A model generated the notes under the pieces. It saw nothing but the letters and a program-made list of their open reading frames with translations, did no database searches and was not told the origin of the DNA. This document shows positions 1-9,541 of a stretch of 64,000 nucleotides of DNA, in pieces. Made by a program: the position numbers and the translations under genes. How positions within the stretch are numbered: position 1 is the first letter of the stretch; every line of letters starts with the position of its first letter. This DNA is from Bacteriovoracaceae bacterium (GTDB lineage Bacteria > Bdellovibrionota > Bacteriovoracia > Bacteriovoracales > Bacteriovoracaceae), in assembly GCA_048270185.1 (NCBI GenBank), contig JBLWTJ010000002.1:128001-192000 (forward strand). The letters run 5' to 3'.

Positions 1-67
1 AGAAGAAGTTATCTCTTCGCCCACCCTTCATCGAAAGTCCGGCCACGCGATTGAAGCTTAAACTCAT
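1..67 (-). CDS. 5' end of a hypothetical protein (partial, runs off window)
   Basis: ATG at 67 overlaps the TGA of the upstream kinase (ATGA); open frame MSLSFNRVAGLSMKGGRRDNFF to the window edge. Confidence 0.6.
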   Translation of the reverse strand, partial: MSLSFNRVAGLSMKGGRRDNFF

Positions 68-1083
68 AATGGCGGCTCAACAATGAAGTCAAGAACTTGC
101 ATTTTTGTTTTTGCTATTTCTTTTAAGACCTCTGCTCTGTGATGAGGAGGGTGAGCAATAATAAAGCATCCACCACCACCGGCACCACAAATTTTCATTC
201 CCATCACAAGTTCTTTTTCTTGAAGTTTGTTAAAGATTGCACGCATATCATCTGTCACAATATTGGCAAAGAGATTCTCGCGAGCAATCCCCTCTTTACA
301 AAGAAGACTTAGAAAATCATCGTACTCACCGGCCTTAATTGCACTATAAGCGGAGAAAGAAAGATCGCGAATTTTAGATAATCCTTCACGAACACCATTT
401 GTACAATCAAAGAAGTCTTTATAAACTTGCCAATTATTTATGGCCGAAAGACGAAGCTGTCCTGAGTAAACCAGAGTGATATGGGATTCAATAAAACTTT
501 TGAACTCAGGTGTAAATAATTGCTCAACTTCAATTCCGCTATTTACAGCTTTTAATGCAAGCACTCCCCCATAAAGAGCTGGGTGATAATCTTGATAGCC
601 ACATGGGCCTTTATTTAAGATTTTTGCTTCAATATTTTGAACCGTCTCAATGGCCTTAGTGCGATCAAACTCACTTCCCGTGAAATCACAAAGCGCTTTG
701 AAAACTGTAACCCCCATTGAAGATGAACCACCAAGCCCTGCCCCGGGAGGCGATCCCGATTCAGTAGTTAATCTAATTCCACTTGTTAAGTTGAAGTGGT
801 GAAGAATTTGGGCAAGAAATGACAATGGGCCAAATGTTTCACCATCAAAATCATCATAAGTGAAATCAACACTTGAAAAACGAGTTGTCGAATCATAGTC
901 AACAGAAACAAATTCAACACCTTCAAATTCAATCTCTTCCACCACAACTTTAGCTTTTAAAGAAGTTGCAAGATTTAGTGTAATGGTATTTCTTAGGACT
1001 TGGTTAATAGGAACAATATCAAGAGTTCCGCCGAGTAGGTCTACTCGTACCGAGCCTTCAGCTGTGCTAAACTTATTAGGCAT
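64..1083 (-). CDS. GHMP-family sugar kinase (HddA/heptose-7-phosphate kinase-like)
   Basis: RVDLLGGTLD, PPGAGLGGSS, G-x-QD and KICGAGGGG motifs; likely start is ATG 1083 (MPNKF), overlapping the hpt stop. Confidence 0.8.
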   Translation of the reverse strand: MPNKFSTAEGSVRVDLLGGTLDIVPINQVLRNTITLNLATSLKAKVVVEEIEFEGVEFVSVDYDSTTRFSSVDFTYDDFDGETFGPLSFLAQILHHFNLTSGIRLTTESGSPPGAGLGGSSSMGVTVFKALCDFTGSEFDRTKAIETVQNIEAKILNKGPCGYQDYHPALYGGVLALKAVNSGIEVEQLFTPEFKSFIESHITLVYSGQLRLSAINNWQVYKDFFDCTNGVREGLSKIRDLSFSAYSAIKAGEYDDFLSLLCKEGIARENLFANIVTDDMRAIFNKLQEKELVMGMKICGAGGGGCFIIAHPPHHRAEVLKEIAKTKMQVLDFIVEPPL

Positions 1084-1588
1084 TATAAATTCCAATATAC
1101 GGCAGTTCACGGTAGCGACCATCATAGTCAAGGCCGTAACCGATTACAAATTTATCTTCAATTTCAAAACCAAGGTAATCAATCTTTACAGGATGCTCTG
1201 TCTTAACAGACTTATGCAAAAGAGAAGCAAGCTTGATCGACTTAGGTTCTCTTTCTTGTAGAAGCTTTGTAAGCTCACTTATTGTCAGCCCTGTATCAAC
1301 GATGTCCTCAACAAGAACAACATTCTTACCTTTGATATCAACTTTAATATCTTTTGTGATCGAAACCTTTCCAGTACTTTCTGTGCCTTTATAAGAGCTC
1401 GCTCCAATAAAGTCGAAGTAGACAGGTGATTTCATCTCGCGAATAAGATCCGCAACAAAAACGAAGGCACCATTTAAAACTCCCACAACGACAACTTCCT
1501 CTCCTTTGAAATCAGAGTCAATTTGAGCTGCTAACTCTTTATTGCGTTGATTAATTTTCTCTTGTGAAATGTAAGTTTCAATGGCCAT
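1076..1588 (-). CDS. hpt: hypoxanthine phosphoribosyltransferase
   Basis: VLNGAFVFVADL, VLVEDIVDTGLT PRPP loop, FVIGYGLDY..YRELPYI. Confidence 0.95.
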   Translation of the reverse strand: MAIETYISQEKINQRNKELAAQIDSDFKGEEVVVVGVLNGAFVFVADLIREMKSPVYFDFIGASSYKGTESTGKVSITKDIKVDIKGKNVVLVEDIVDTGLTISELTKLLQEREPKSIKLASLLHKSVKTEHPVKIDYLGFEIEDKFVIGYGLDYDGRYRELPYIGIYNA

Positions 1589-1598
1589 GACTTATTTC

Positions 1599-2405
1599 CT
1601 ATACAAATGAATTATTTAAAATTTCACCGACTCCGCCGGCACTAGGTACAATATATTGCTTATCCGTTAAACCAACTTCTTCATCCCACAAAGTCCCTGG
1701 AGCTGTCTTTAAAACATGTTCAGGAGAGAGTCCACGATCAAGTCTTAGAGCGTAGATCTCAACATCAGGATGATCCGTTTGCATTCTTTTAATATACTCA
1801 GGTGTCACGATAAGATTAAGTGAAATATACTTAAGAGCTCTTCCTTCAACCTTGTCTTTGTAGTGTCCAACAGCAAATGACATTGAACCACCAGTCGCCC
1901 CCATTGGATCAGGAAAGAGAACAATGGCACTTTCTTGTCCGCCACCAATTTTCGATCCTGATACGTCAACACCAATGACATGTTCATTTTCATCAACCTT
2001 GCGCTGAACATAGAAGTGATCTTGGCGAATGAGCTCAGGATTTAGAAAGTAATTTAAGTTCTCAAAACAAACGTGACTTGGAAATGTCCCAGCACGAGCA
2101 AGATCAACACAAAGAACAGGCTGCTCATTCTTGATAACTTCTTGTTTGAAAATCGCTTTATCCGTAAGAGCGGCCATGCGTGAGCGTACTTCAATCTCTT
2201 CTTTTGGAAATGAGTTCCCTAAGACTGATTCAAGAAGAATAAAATATAATTTTTGAATTAAGTGGTTTAGCTCCGGCTGAATGACGCCTTCGCTTGAGAA
2301 GCGAGCAAGTAAACTCTGCGCTAATGGATTGGAGAGAATGTAAACATTCTCCCCATATTTATGCTCAATTTGACTAATTTTATACTGATTAGATTGTGCT
2401 TTCAT
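1599..2405 (-). CDS. upp: uracil phosphoribosyltransferase family
   Basis: LARAG, DPMGATGGS PRPP motif, C-terminal L(TD)KQYIVP..G. Confidence 0.75.
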   Translation of the reverse strand: MKAQSNQYKISQIEHKYGENVYILSNPLAQSLLARFSSEGVIQPELNHLIQKLYFILLESVLGNSFPKEEIEVRSRMAALTDKAIFKQEVIKNEQPVLCVDLARAGTFPSHVCFENLNYFLNPELIRQDHFYVQRKVDENEHVIGVDVSGSKIGGGQESAIVLFPDPMGATGGSMSFAVGHYKDKVEGRALKYISLNLIVTPEYIKRMQTDHPDVEIYALRLDRGLSPEHVLKTAPGTLWDEEVGLTDKQYIVPSAGGVGEILNNSFV

Positions 2406-3051
2406 TGTTCAATTTCACCTCGCCCTTAGAGTTTACCTCTTTTAGACCTCCAAGTGAAATTGAAAATGCCTTAACATCTTGATCTTCTTCGTAGTAGTCG
2501 TAATGTGCACGACATCTTGCTTCATAGAGATCAGACTCACCAACTAGTACTGTATTCTTATTGTCGCTTGGCAGACGATAAGTCTTTGGCGCCGGTGCTC
2601 CACAAACAGTACAAATCGCTTGAATCTTCATCACATCATCAGCAATGCAAAGAAGTTCTGGCATTGGACCAAATGGCTTTGATTTAAAGTCTTGATCAAG
2701 ACCTGCACAGATCACGCGGATTCCACGACGTGCAAGCTTTGATACAACTTTGATAATCGTCTCATCAAAGAATTGAACTTCATCGATGGCAACGATACGA
2801 GTTGAATCATAAACTTTTTGTAAAATTTCGACAGCATCCCTTACTGGCTCTGCCTCGACATGTCTTGATGAGTGGCTAACAACATTTGTCTTGTGATAGC
2901 GATCATCGATAACTGGCTTGAAAATTTGTACCTTTTGGCGTGCAATTTGAGCTCTTGTAACTCTTCTAATTAACTCTTCTGTTTTACCAGAAAACATTGG
3001 GCCGCATACGACTTCAATACCACCAGTTGCGTGTGCGTGACTTGCGTACAT
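2389..3051 (-). CDS. tdk: thymidine kinase
   Basis: GPMFSGKTEELIRR, IDEVQFF, AGLDQDF, Zn ligands CTVC..RCRAH. Confidence 0.97.
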   Translation of the reverse strand: MYASHAHATGGIEVVCGPMFSGKTEELIRRVTRAQIARQKVQIFKPVIDDRYHKTNVVSHSSRHVEAEPVRDAVEILQKVYDSTRIVAIDEVQFFDETIIKVVSKLARRGIRVICAGLDQDFKSKPFGPMPELLCIADDVMKIQAICTVCGAPAPKTYRLPSDNKNTVLVGESDLYEARCRAHYDYYEEDQDVKAFSISLGGLKEVNSKGEVKLNNESTI

Positions 3052-3170
3052 TGACTTAAACTCCTCTTAATGTCAGATTTTTTTGTGTTGTGTCTCTAAT
3101 ATACTATTATGACGGCCGTGAGATTTATAGGCCACTTACATCTTCTATCAAAATGAGTAATGCACAAAGA

Positions 3171-3842
3171 CTAAATGAAACTTATTAGTAAAGTGATGTA
3201 CATAATCATCACTAAGAAAAGTCCCATAATGAGTAATAGTGGTGATACGAGAATAAAGAAGCTCTGCACAAATGAAAAACGCAGATTATAACGCAGACCA
3301 AAGTACAAGTAGATCACTTGCGAGATAAATTTAAGAAACTCACCAAAAATTGGAATAATTAAGAAGAAGTTCCCAACAAGGGCCGCGGCAATGGCATCTT
3401 CAAGTTCGATTCCTTCAATATCCTTATCAAAGAGCCCCGCAAATAGATTGATAATCACGCGCCAAAATTTAACAAAGACCCACGCAGATAATGGGAAGAA
3501 GACGACCTTAAAGAGAGTCGAGAATAAGAATAGTTTTTGCTGAAATTCATTTGAAGAAAAGATTGCTGGCAGATAACCTTCTTCGGCCATCCTTCCCGCA
3601 AGAGCAATTCCAACATGAATTTGTAGAAGTGAGTAAAGGCCATAAATAAAGACAAATGGCCAAGAAGCAAGTGTAAAGTCCGTAAACTTTAAGTGTAGTC
3701 CTCTTTCTTTTTCGTCTTTTACAATTTCAAAGAGTCTGGCCTCTTTGATCTTTTCAATCTCCTCTCTGTGATCTGCAATATTTGAGTTCACAAGTTTTGG
3801 GTAGAGAAGAAATTTAATGTATTGATGGTATAAATTAATCAC
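3171..3842 (-). CDS. integral membrane hypothetical protein (Yip1-like topology)
   Basis: About five hydrophobic segments; GTG start. Confidence 0.6.
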   Translation of the reverse strand: MINLYHQYIKFLLYPKLVNSNIADHREEIEKIKEARLFEIVKDEKERGLHLKFTDFTLASWPFVFIYGLYSLLQIHVGIALAGRMAEEGYLPAIFSSNEFQQKLFLFSTLFKVVFFPLSAWVFVKFWRVIINLFAGLFDKDIEGIELEDAIAAALVGNFFLIIPIFGEFLKFISQVIYLYFGLRYNLRFSFVQSFFILVSPLLLIMGLFLVMIMYITLLISFI

Positions 3843-3889
3843 GCTCTTATTTTAATTGAAGTTGGCAGAAAATAAAACCAGACAATACA

Positions 3890-4438
3890 CTACTTTTTAA
3901 GTTCGGTATAAAAGAATGACTTCGGCGTTCTTAAGACTTCCCTAAATTTAAGGTAAGGTATATTTGAACGGTAGCGATCTTTATCGCCAGCATCAGCAGG
4001 AAAGGCCGTTTCAAAACGAGCAATCATCCATGTTGTCTCTTTTCCATCCACTACACTTAGGTAGAAACTTTGAGCAAGGCTTATTTTCTTACCAACCTTA
4101 AAGCTAACTTCGTGACCATCAGAAAAGATGAATGTGGCAACTTCTGCGCCTTCTTCAGACAATAGATCTTCTTTGACCTCTTCTGTTTTTAGAATTCGAT
4201 CAACCTTTAGCTTCTGTAATTCCTCATAGAAGAGATCGAGATTTTCAGTAATGGCCGTGTTGGCATCTACTTCTTCCCCTGCAATTCTAATTTTTGTAAC
4301 CTTTCCATAACGACTTAAGTTTAAAGCATCTCTTCTTTGTTGAATCTCAAAAACTTCCTTTTGCTCACCTTTTTCCACAATGAAGTAGGCCGCAGTGATT
4401 GAAAGAATAAGTGCAACAAAAAGATAACGATTCTTCAT
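3890..4438 (-). CDS. membrane-anchored protein, DUF4340-like, in Gld-type ABC operon
   Basis: N-terminal TM segment, FKVGKK..SFY motif, operon position. Confidence 0.55.
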   Translation of the reverse strand: MKNRYLFVALILSITAAYFIVEKGEQKEVFEIQQRRDALNLSRYGKVTKIRIAGEEVDANTAITENLDLFYEELQKLKVDRILKTEEVKEDLLSEEGAEVATFIFSDGHEVSFKVGKKISLAQSFYLSVVDGKETTWMIARFETAFPADAGDKDRYRSNIPYLKFREVLRTPKSFFYTELKK

Positions 4439-5943
4439 TAGGCGCTAAACTTCCTTCTTTGAAATAAAACCAAAGCAATAACTAAGTAAATTAGCGGTAG
4501 GATAACAAGAGAAAAGTAGAAGATTCCTTTCTTTTCAATATCTGAAATAAGAATTGGAATTTCTTTAAAGACAACTGAATTAAGTGATGTTAACTGTCCT
4601 TGTCCTGTTACCCAGTGAAAGAGATTTGAAGTATATTTAAAATTCGATTGGTAGCTAAAGAATTTATTTGAAATAAATGATGAATTACCAATAACCACAA
4701 TAGCAGGTGCGCCATCTCTCGTTAAGGCCGCGGCCATATCAAGAGGGCCTTCAATATCATTACTATCTTTCTTAATCTCATCAGCAATAATCGAGATGAG
4801 ATTGGCCTCTCCCCAACTTTCAGGTGTTGTTGAAGCAAGAGCATGATAACTATCACTATCGGCCACAGGCGAAATAGTATTTGTCAGTGGAAAGAAAACT
4901 CTTTCTTGGAAACCTTCATTAATACCAAGCTTATCAAAGCGAGAAATAATAGGTGCCGTCCCCTTTGACGACTCGAGTCCGTTTACAGGATCAATCACAA
5001 CATTATTATGAATGACAAGGCCTTGTTCTTTAAAGAATGCTTTAAGATTATTTAGTCCTTCCCCTTTAAAATTTGGATAGAAACTTGCAAAAATTCTTCC
5101 ACCATTTGAATAGTAATTCTTAAGCTTTGATATCTGCTCTGGAGCAAAGTCATTTATTGGCTCAATAATAGCAAAGGCACTACAACTTACAGGGATCTCA
5201 CTTGCCTTTAATAGATCCACAACATTTAGCTTATAGGCCGATTGCTTTAATACATGAAGAAGGCCCGTAAAGCCATTATCACTACTATCTTGGAATTTAG
5301 CATTGTAATTAAAACAAATAACTGGATCCTCTTTGCGCTCAAGTCGAATGAGTCCATTTGTAATCCCAAGCTCTAGAATCTTTGAAACGATGACATTCTT
5401 TCTTTCATTATTCTGATCAATGCGACTAAGAACAATCGAAGGTGAAACTGTTACACCATACTGCGCGATCATATCTGGTCTTAATTCTGGATCATAGTAC
5501 GAAGTGACAATTTGCGGATTGATATTCTTATAAAGCTCTAAAAGAGAAAGAATTGCATCTTTGTTGGCCTGATTAGAAAAGACAATCATCTCGACTTTAT
5601 CATCAATATTCTTAACTGTTTTTTCAGTTAATGCCGATAACGTATTCAACTGTCTCTTACTAAGATCCCAAACTGCAGGCTTTTTAAAGAGAATGAAGTT
5701 AAGAACTCCAAGAATACAAAATAATAAAAAGAAAGAAGTGAAATTCGATAAGAGATTCTTTCCAAAAGTCGACTTCGTGAAATCCTTAATACTTTGCAAA
5801 TTAAAGTAGAAACTTAAAACCGTAAATAACAGAGCAATAATAAACATCGTACCAACAAGAAACATATGCTCTGGAATAATTAAAAATAAGAAACAAGCAA
5901 TTAAATATGAGATGGCACAAAGGCTAACTGAAATTTTTTTCAC
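4438..5943 (-). CDS. GldG-like ABC auxiliary component
   Basis: N-terminal TMs, WDLSKRQLNTLS..T, VVIGNSSF..N, C-terminal TM. Confidence 0.8.
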   Translation of the reverse strand: MKKISVSLCAISYLIACFLFLIIPEHMFLVGTMFIIALLFTVLSFYFNLQSIKDFTKSTFGKNLLSNFTSFFLLFCILGVLNFILFKKPAVWDLSKRQLNTLSALTEKTVKNIDDKVEMIVFSNQANKDAILSLLELYKNINPQIVTSYYDPELRPDMIAQYGVTVSPSIVLSRIDQNNERKNVIVSKILELGITNGLIRLERKEDPVICFNYNAKFQDSSDNGFTGLLHVLKQSAYKLNVVDLLKASEIPVSCSAFAIIEPINDFAPEQISKLKNYYSNGGRIFASFYPNFKGEGLNNLKAFFKEQGLVIHNNVVIDPVNGLESSKGTAPIISRFDKLGINEGFQERVFFPLTNTISPVADSDSYHALASTTPESWGEANLISIIADEIKKDSNDIEGPLDMAAALTRDGAPAIVVIGNSSFISNKFFSYQSNFKYTSNLFHWVTGQGQLTSLNSVVFKEIPILISDIEKKGIFYFSLVILPLIYLVIALVLFQRRKFSA

Positions 5944-6692
5944 TTTCTCACCCCCATATTTCTTATGCCAATAAAACTAAAGAATGTAATAAACGAGATA
6001 AGATAGGCCATATCAAAACTTGTCACGGCCCCTCGAGAAAAATAAAAAATATGAGAGCTAAAACTAAAGTACCTCATCATGGCCCCAACAAGTGGGTTCT
6101 CAATCATATTTGAACTTGCGTATACAATGAGAAATGAGAAAAGTGCACCAAAGGCCAAGATAATTGATGCAATATATGAACGACTAAGCAGAGAAGCATT
6201 AATTCCAATTAAGATGTAGCACATCCCTAGTCCGTAAATACCTAGCATATTGGTAAATAAGATAGCAAAGTCATTAAATCCTTTTGGAGCTAAGAAAAGA
6301 GGAATAATAAAAACAGGAAGCGTAATAAAGATAAGCTTCGTTGTTGCTCCTAAGTACTTTGCAAAGAAAATTGATTCATTACTCAAATTAGAAAGCTTAA
6401 GTAGTGAGAAAGTATTCTCTCTCTTTTCTTTCACGAAGACGCTCATCGTGAGCATTGGAGCAAAGAAGAGAAGAATAAAATTCAGAGCTGAAAATGTTGG
6501 TGAAATTACATGATCCACAATTGTCTTATTTGTTAACTGTGGAGCCATTTGTAAATTATTATAGAAAATAGCCGACATAATGAAATTTGAAATAGCAGCA
6601 AAGATATAGATAATTGGAGAAGAGAAACTCTCTCTAATCTCTTTCTTATACACGATACTTATTCCGTTTAGTAATGGTATTTTCTTTTTCAT
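5940..6692 (-). CDS. ABC-2 permease (GldF-like)
   Basis: KKEIRESFSSPIIY, APMLTM..F..EKRENT..LL; six TM segments. Confidence 0.85.
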   Translation of the reverse strand: MKKKIPLLNGISIVYKKEIRESFSSPIIYIFAAISNFIMSAIFYNNLQMAPQLTNKTIVDHVISPTFSALNFILLFFAPMLTMSVFVKEKRENTFSLLKLSNLSNESIFFAKYLGATTKLIFITLPVFIIPLFLAPKGFNDFAILFTNMLGIYGLGMCYILIGINASLLSRSYIASIILAFGALFSFLIVYASSNMIENPLVGAMMRYFSFSSHIFYFSRGAVTSFDMAYLISFITFFSFIGIRNMGVRK

Positions 6693-6694
6693 AT

Positions 6695-7579
6695 TTACTT
6701 GGCCGTTAATTTCTTAAATATATCTTCTAATCCAACCTTGATATTTTGTTGAGAAAGAATTGATATTTGATTTTGTGCAAAGAATTTCGAAAGTTCTGAG
6801 CGAAGATCACCTTGGGCATCAATCTTTGTGAATTGATAAGACTCTCCATGCTTTTCAAATTCAAAACCTAGCTCTTTTAATGAATTCAGTTGTTCTTGAG
6901 TAATTGATTCAAACTCAACTTCAACTCGCTGAGAAATCTCAAGCTTCTTTTCAATTTCAGCAATTGTTCCGTGAGCAACAATCACACCCTCATTTAAAAC
7001 TGCAATATCATCACAAATAACAGCAAGATCACTTAATTGATGAGAAGAGATAAAAATTGTGTGATTCTTTGCTAGATCGCGAATCACTTCTTTAATTTGC
7101 ATTATGGCGTGAGGATCAAGTCCAACTAAAGGCTCATCGAGTATTAGAAGCTTAGGATTGTGACAGATCGCTGCCGCAATACCAACTTTTTGTTTATAAC
7201 CTTTTGAAAGATTCTCAATGCGTGTCTGTGCAAATTCTTCTAACCCACACTTATTAATAACTTCATCAATCGAATATGTTGAATGACCGACTTGATAAAT
7301 CTCTTGGACGAATTTTAAAAAGTCATAAACTTTCATATGGCGATAAAGCGCTGGTTCTTCAGCAAGATAGCCAATTGTTAGATCATCATGTTTTGAAAGC
7401 TGACCTGAAGTTAATTCCTGTTCCTCAAGAATAATCTTCATCAGTGTCGACTTCCCTGCACCGTTAGGCCCTAAGAAACCAAGAACGCCATGATCTCCAA
7501 TCGTAAGGTTTACGCCTTTTAAAACATCCTTACCTGGAAACGTTTTTCTAATGTCTGATAAAACTACAAGGTTATTAAT
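6695..7579 (-). CDS. ABC transporter ATP-binding protein (GldA-like)
   Basis: Walker A GFLGPNGAGKSTL lies upstream of the ORF-track start 7441, in frame; LSKGYKQK signature, LILDEP Walker B; the start appears to be ATT at 7579 behind AAGGA. Confidence 0.88.
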   Translation of the reverse strand: MNNLVVLSDIRKTFPGKDVLKGVNLTIGDHGVLGFLGPNGAGKSTLMKIILEEQELTSGQLSKHDDLTIGYLAEEPALYRHMKVYDFLKFVQEIYQVGHSTYSIDEVINKCGLEEFAQTRIENLSKGYKQKVGIAAAICHNPKLLILDEPLVGLDPHAIMQIKEVIRDLAKNHTIFISSHQLSDLAVICDDIAVLNEGVIVAHGTIAEIEKKLEISQRVEVEFESITQEQLNSLKELGFEFEKHGESYQFTKIDAQGDLRSELSKFFAQNQISILSQQNIKVGLEDIFKKLTAK

Positions 7580-7652
7580 ATTAAATCCTTCTTTATAAAA
7601 GCTTCTTTAAAATCCTAACAAAAAATGAAACAATAAGGGAAGTCTTTAAATT

Positions 7653-7679
7653 TAATCAAATAAGTAATTCTTCCGATTA
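7653..7679 (+). promoter_or_regulatory. candidate sigma28 (FliA) promoter for nrnA
   Basis: TAAT-N15-TCCGATTA versus consensus TAAA-N15-GCCGATAA. Confidence 0.35.
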
Positions 7680-7687
7680 GGGATCGT

Positions 7688-8677
7688 ATGACCAAGAATG
7701 TAGAACGTTTTAAAAAATTAGTAGCTAATGCAAAAAATATTGTTATCACAACACATATTTTTCCAGATGCCGATGGTATCGGAAGTGAAATAGCACTGTG
7801 CATGGCCCTAAGAAAATTAGGAAAGAACGCAATCTGCATTAACGAAGAAAAACTCTTTGATCGTTACCGTTATTTAGACCCAGATGGTGTCATTACAAAT
7901 TACAATGATTCAAAAGATCACTTCGACAAAATTGATCTCTTTATTGTCACTGATACAAATGCTCTTCCAAGAATTGGTAAGAACGTCCAAGAGTTAGTTC
8001 AACAATCGAGTGAGCTCCTCTTTATCGATCACCATCCTTGTCCAAAAGAGCTTGCGGCCATTCACTGTGTTGACTCAACAAAGGCTGCAACGGGTGAATT
8101 AGTTGGTGAACTAATTGAAGCCCTTGGTGTTGAATTCGACCAAAAGATGGCCCTGGCCCTCTATACTTCAATCATTATTGATACAAGCTCTTTCCGTTAC
8201 CCTACGGTAACAGGCAATACTCACCGTATTGTCGCCAAGCTAATGGACACAGGAGTTTCTCCTCCTCAAGCCTTCAATCAAATCAATGGTGTCAAACAAG
8301 TTGAATATATGAAACTTCTCGGTCAAGTCTTGGCCTCTTGTCAGATGAGTGGCAGTGGTAAAGTTGCTTGGATCTCCATGACTGAAGATGAAATCACAGG
8401 CTTTAATTGTGAAACAGAAGATACTCATGGCTTCATCAATCACCTACTGGTTCTCGATGGAATTGAAGTAGCTTGTATGTTTAGACAGTCTGAAAATAAT
8501 AAAGTCAAAGTTTCATTTAGAAGTGTAAATCAAACTATTGATGTAGGTGTTATTGCTCAGGCCCTTGGTGGCGGTGGCCACAATCACTCGGCCGCAACAA
8601 TTATTGATGGAAATCTAGATAAAGTTATTCCGGAGACGATTGATAAAATTGAATTGATGATTGTAGAAGAAAATTAA
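7688..8677 (+). CDS. nrnA: DHH/DHHA1 phosphoesterase (NrnA nanoRNase/pAp phosphatase)
   Basis: TTHIFPDADGIGS, IDHH, DTSSF, GGGGH..SAA. Confidence 0.88.
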   Translation: MTKNVERFKKLVANAKNIVITTHIFPDADGIGSEIALCMALRKLGKNAICINEEKLFDRYRYLDPDGVITNYNDSKDHFDKIDLFIVTDTNALPRIGKNVQELVQQSSELLFIDHHPCPKELAAIHCVDSTKAATGELVGELIEALGVEFDQKMALALYTSIIIDTSSFRYPTVTGNTHRIVAKLMDTGVSPPQAFNQINGVKQVEYMKLLGQVLASCQMSGSGKVAWISMTEDEITGFNCETEDTHGFINHLLVLDGIEVACMFRQSENNKVKVSFRSVNQTIDVGVIAQALGGGGHNHSAATIIDGNLDKVIPETIDKIELMIVEEN

Positions 8678-9114
8678 TTATTTAAAATTTTTCCTAAGAC
8701 TTCTCTTTCTTTTTCAGAAAAATTAAAACCACCTGCAGTGAGAACACCTTTGAGTTTTTCTTTTGTATTTGGATCTTCTGGATCATTCTTTTTGATATCA
8801 CCAAAGGCTTCACCCTCTGGCGTGATCTCCACTTCACTCTTTGTTTCGACTTTCTTTACTTCAGCTTTAGCTACTTCAGTTTTGGCCACAGCTTTTGATT
8901 GCTTCGACTGAAGAGTCACTTTATAAGCTTCTTCTTTCTCTCGCTTATTAGCTTCCACCATATTGCGAATCTCACTTCGGCTTAACTCACTTGGACGCTC
9001 TTTCTTTACGATCTTAACTTCATTTGGATCGCTATTATCTCTAGCAATAGGACTCTTTGTCTGTGCTTGTGACTTTTTAGGCGCTGAATAGGACGTGTTA
9101 TTTAATAATCTCAC
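8674..9114 (-). CDS. hypothetical charged low-complexity protein
   Basis: 146-aa Lys/Glu-rich ORF with a more ordered C-terminus. Confidence 0.65.
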   Translation of the reverse strand: MRLLNNTSYSAPKKSQAQTKSPIARDNSDPNEVKIVKKERPSELSRSEIRNMVEANKREKEEAYKVTLQSKQSKAVAKTEVAKAEVKKVETKSEVEITPEGEAFGDIKKNDPEDPNTKEKLKGVLTAGGFNFSEKEREVLGKILNN

Positions 9115-9210
9115 CCCTATATTGTACCTTTGCTAAGTTTTGAATGTTAGGTGGAAAATTCCAACTTCTGCTCCAAATTTTAAACACTTAGAAATAAGGG
9201 GGCCAAAATG

Positions 9211-9226
9211 TGTGGCGATTTTCACA
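9211..9226. promoter_or_regulatory. CRP/FNR-family-like site
   Basis: TGTGG-N6-TCACA with A-rich and T-rich flanks in the divergent intergenic region. Confidence 0.3.
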
Positions 9227-9541
9227 CTTTTTTTTTGCCTCGGCCAAATACGATGACACCCCCAAAAAAAATCATGGAGAGGCTATCTAACCGACTAAAA
9301 TTACAGAGATGATTTTCAAAAAATTTACATTTTTTTTATTTTTAGTAAAAGGCCGCCAAGATCATCTTGTTTAAATTCCTGATTTCTTCATAATGGCTCT
9401 TATCCAAATGAAGAGAGAACGATTTGTGGTCTTTGTCGTACGTAAGTGGAGCTCAATTAGTTGTAAAAGAACACAAGCCTTCAGAAAGAGACTTCTATTA
9501 AGGAAAAGAAATTTAAATAGAAAGTCATTTTTGAGGTAATT

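Noticed and set aside
7441..7579. Possible truncation or frameshift of the ABC ATPase (no Walker A in the track translation)
   Set aside because: Walker A is present in the same frame upstream; only the start codon is unusual
9400..9541. Known riboswitch in the leader of lipoprotein A
   Set aside because: No recognisable c-di-GMP-I/II, glycine, SAM, TPP or cobalamin consensus; only one clear stem
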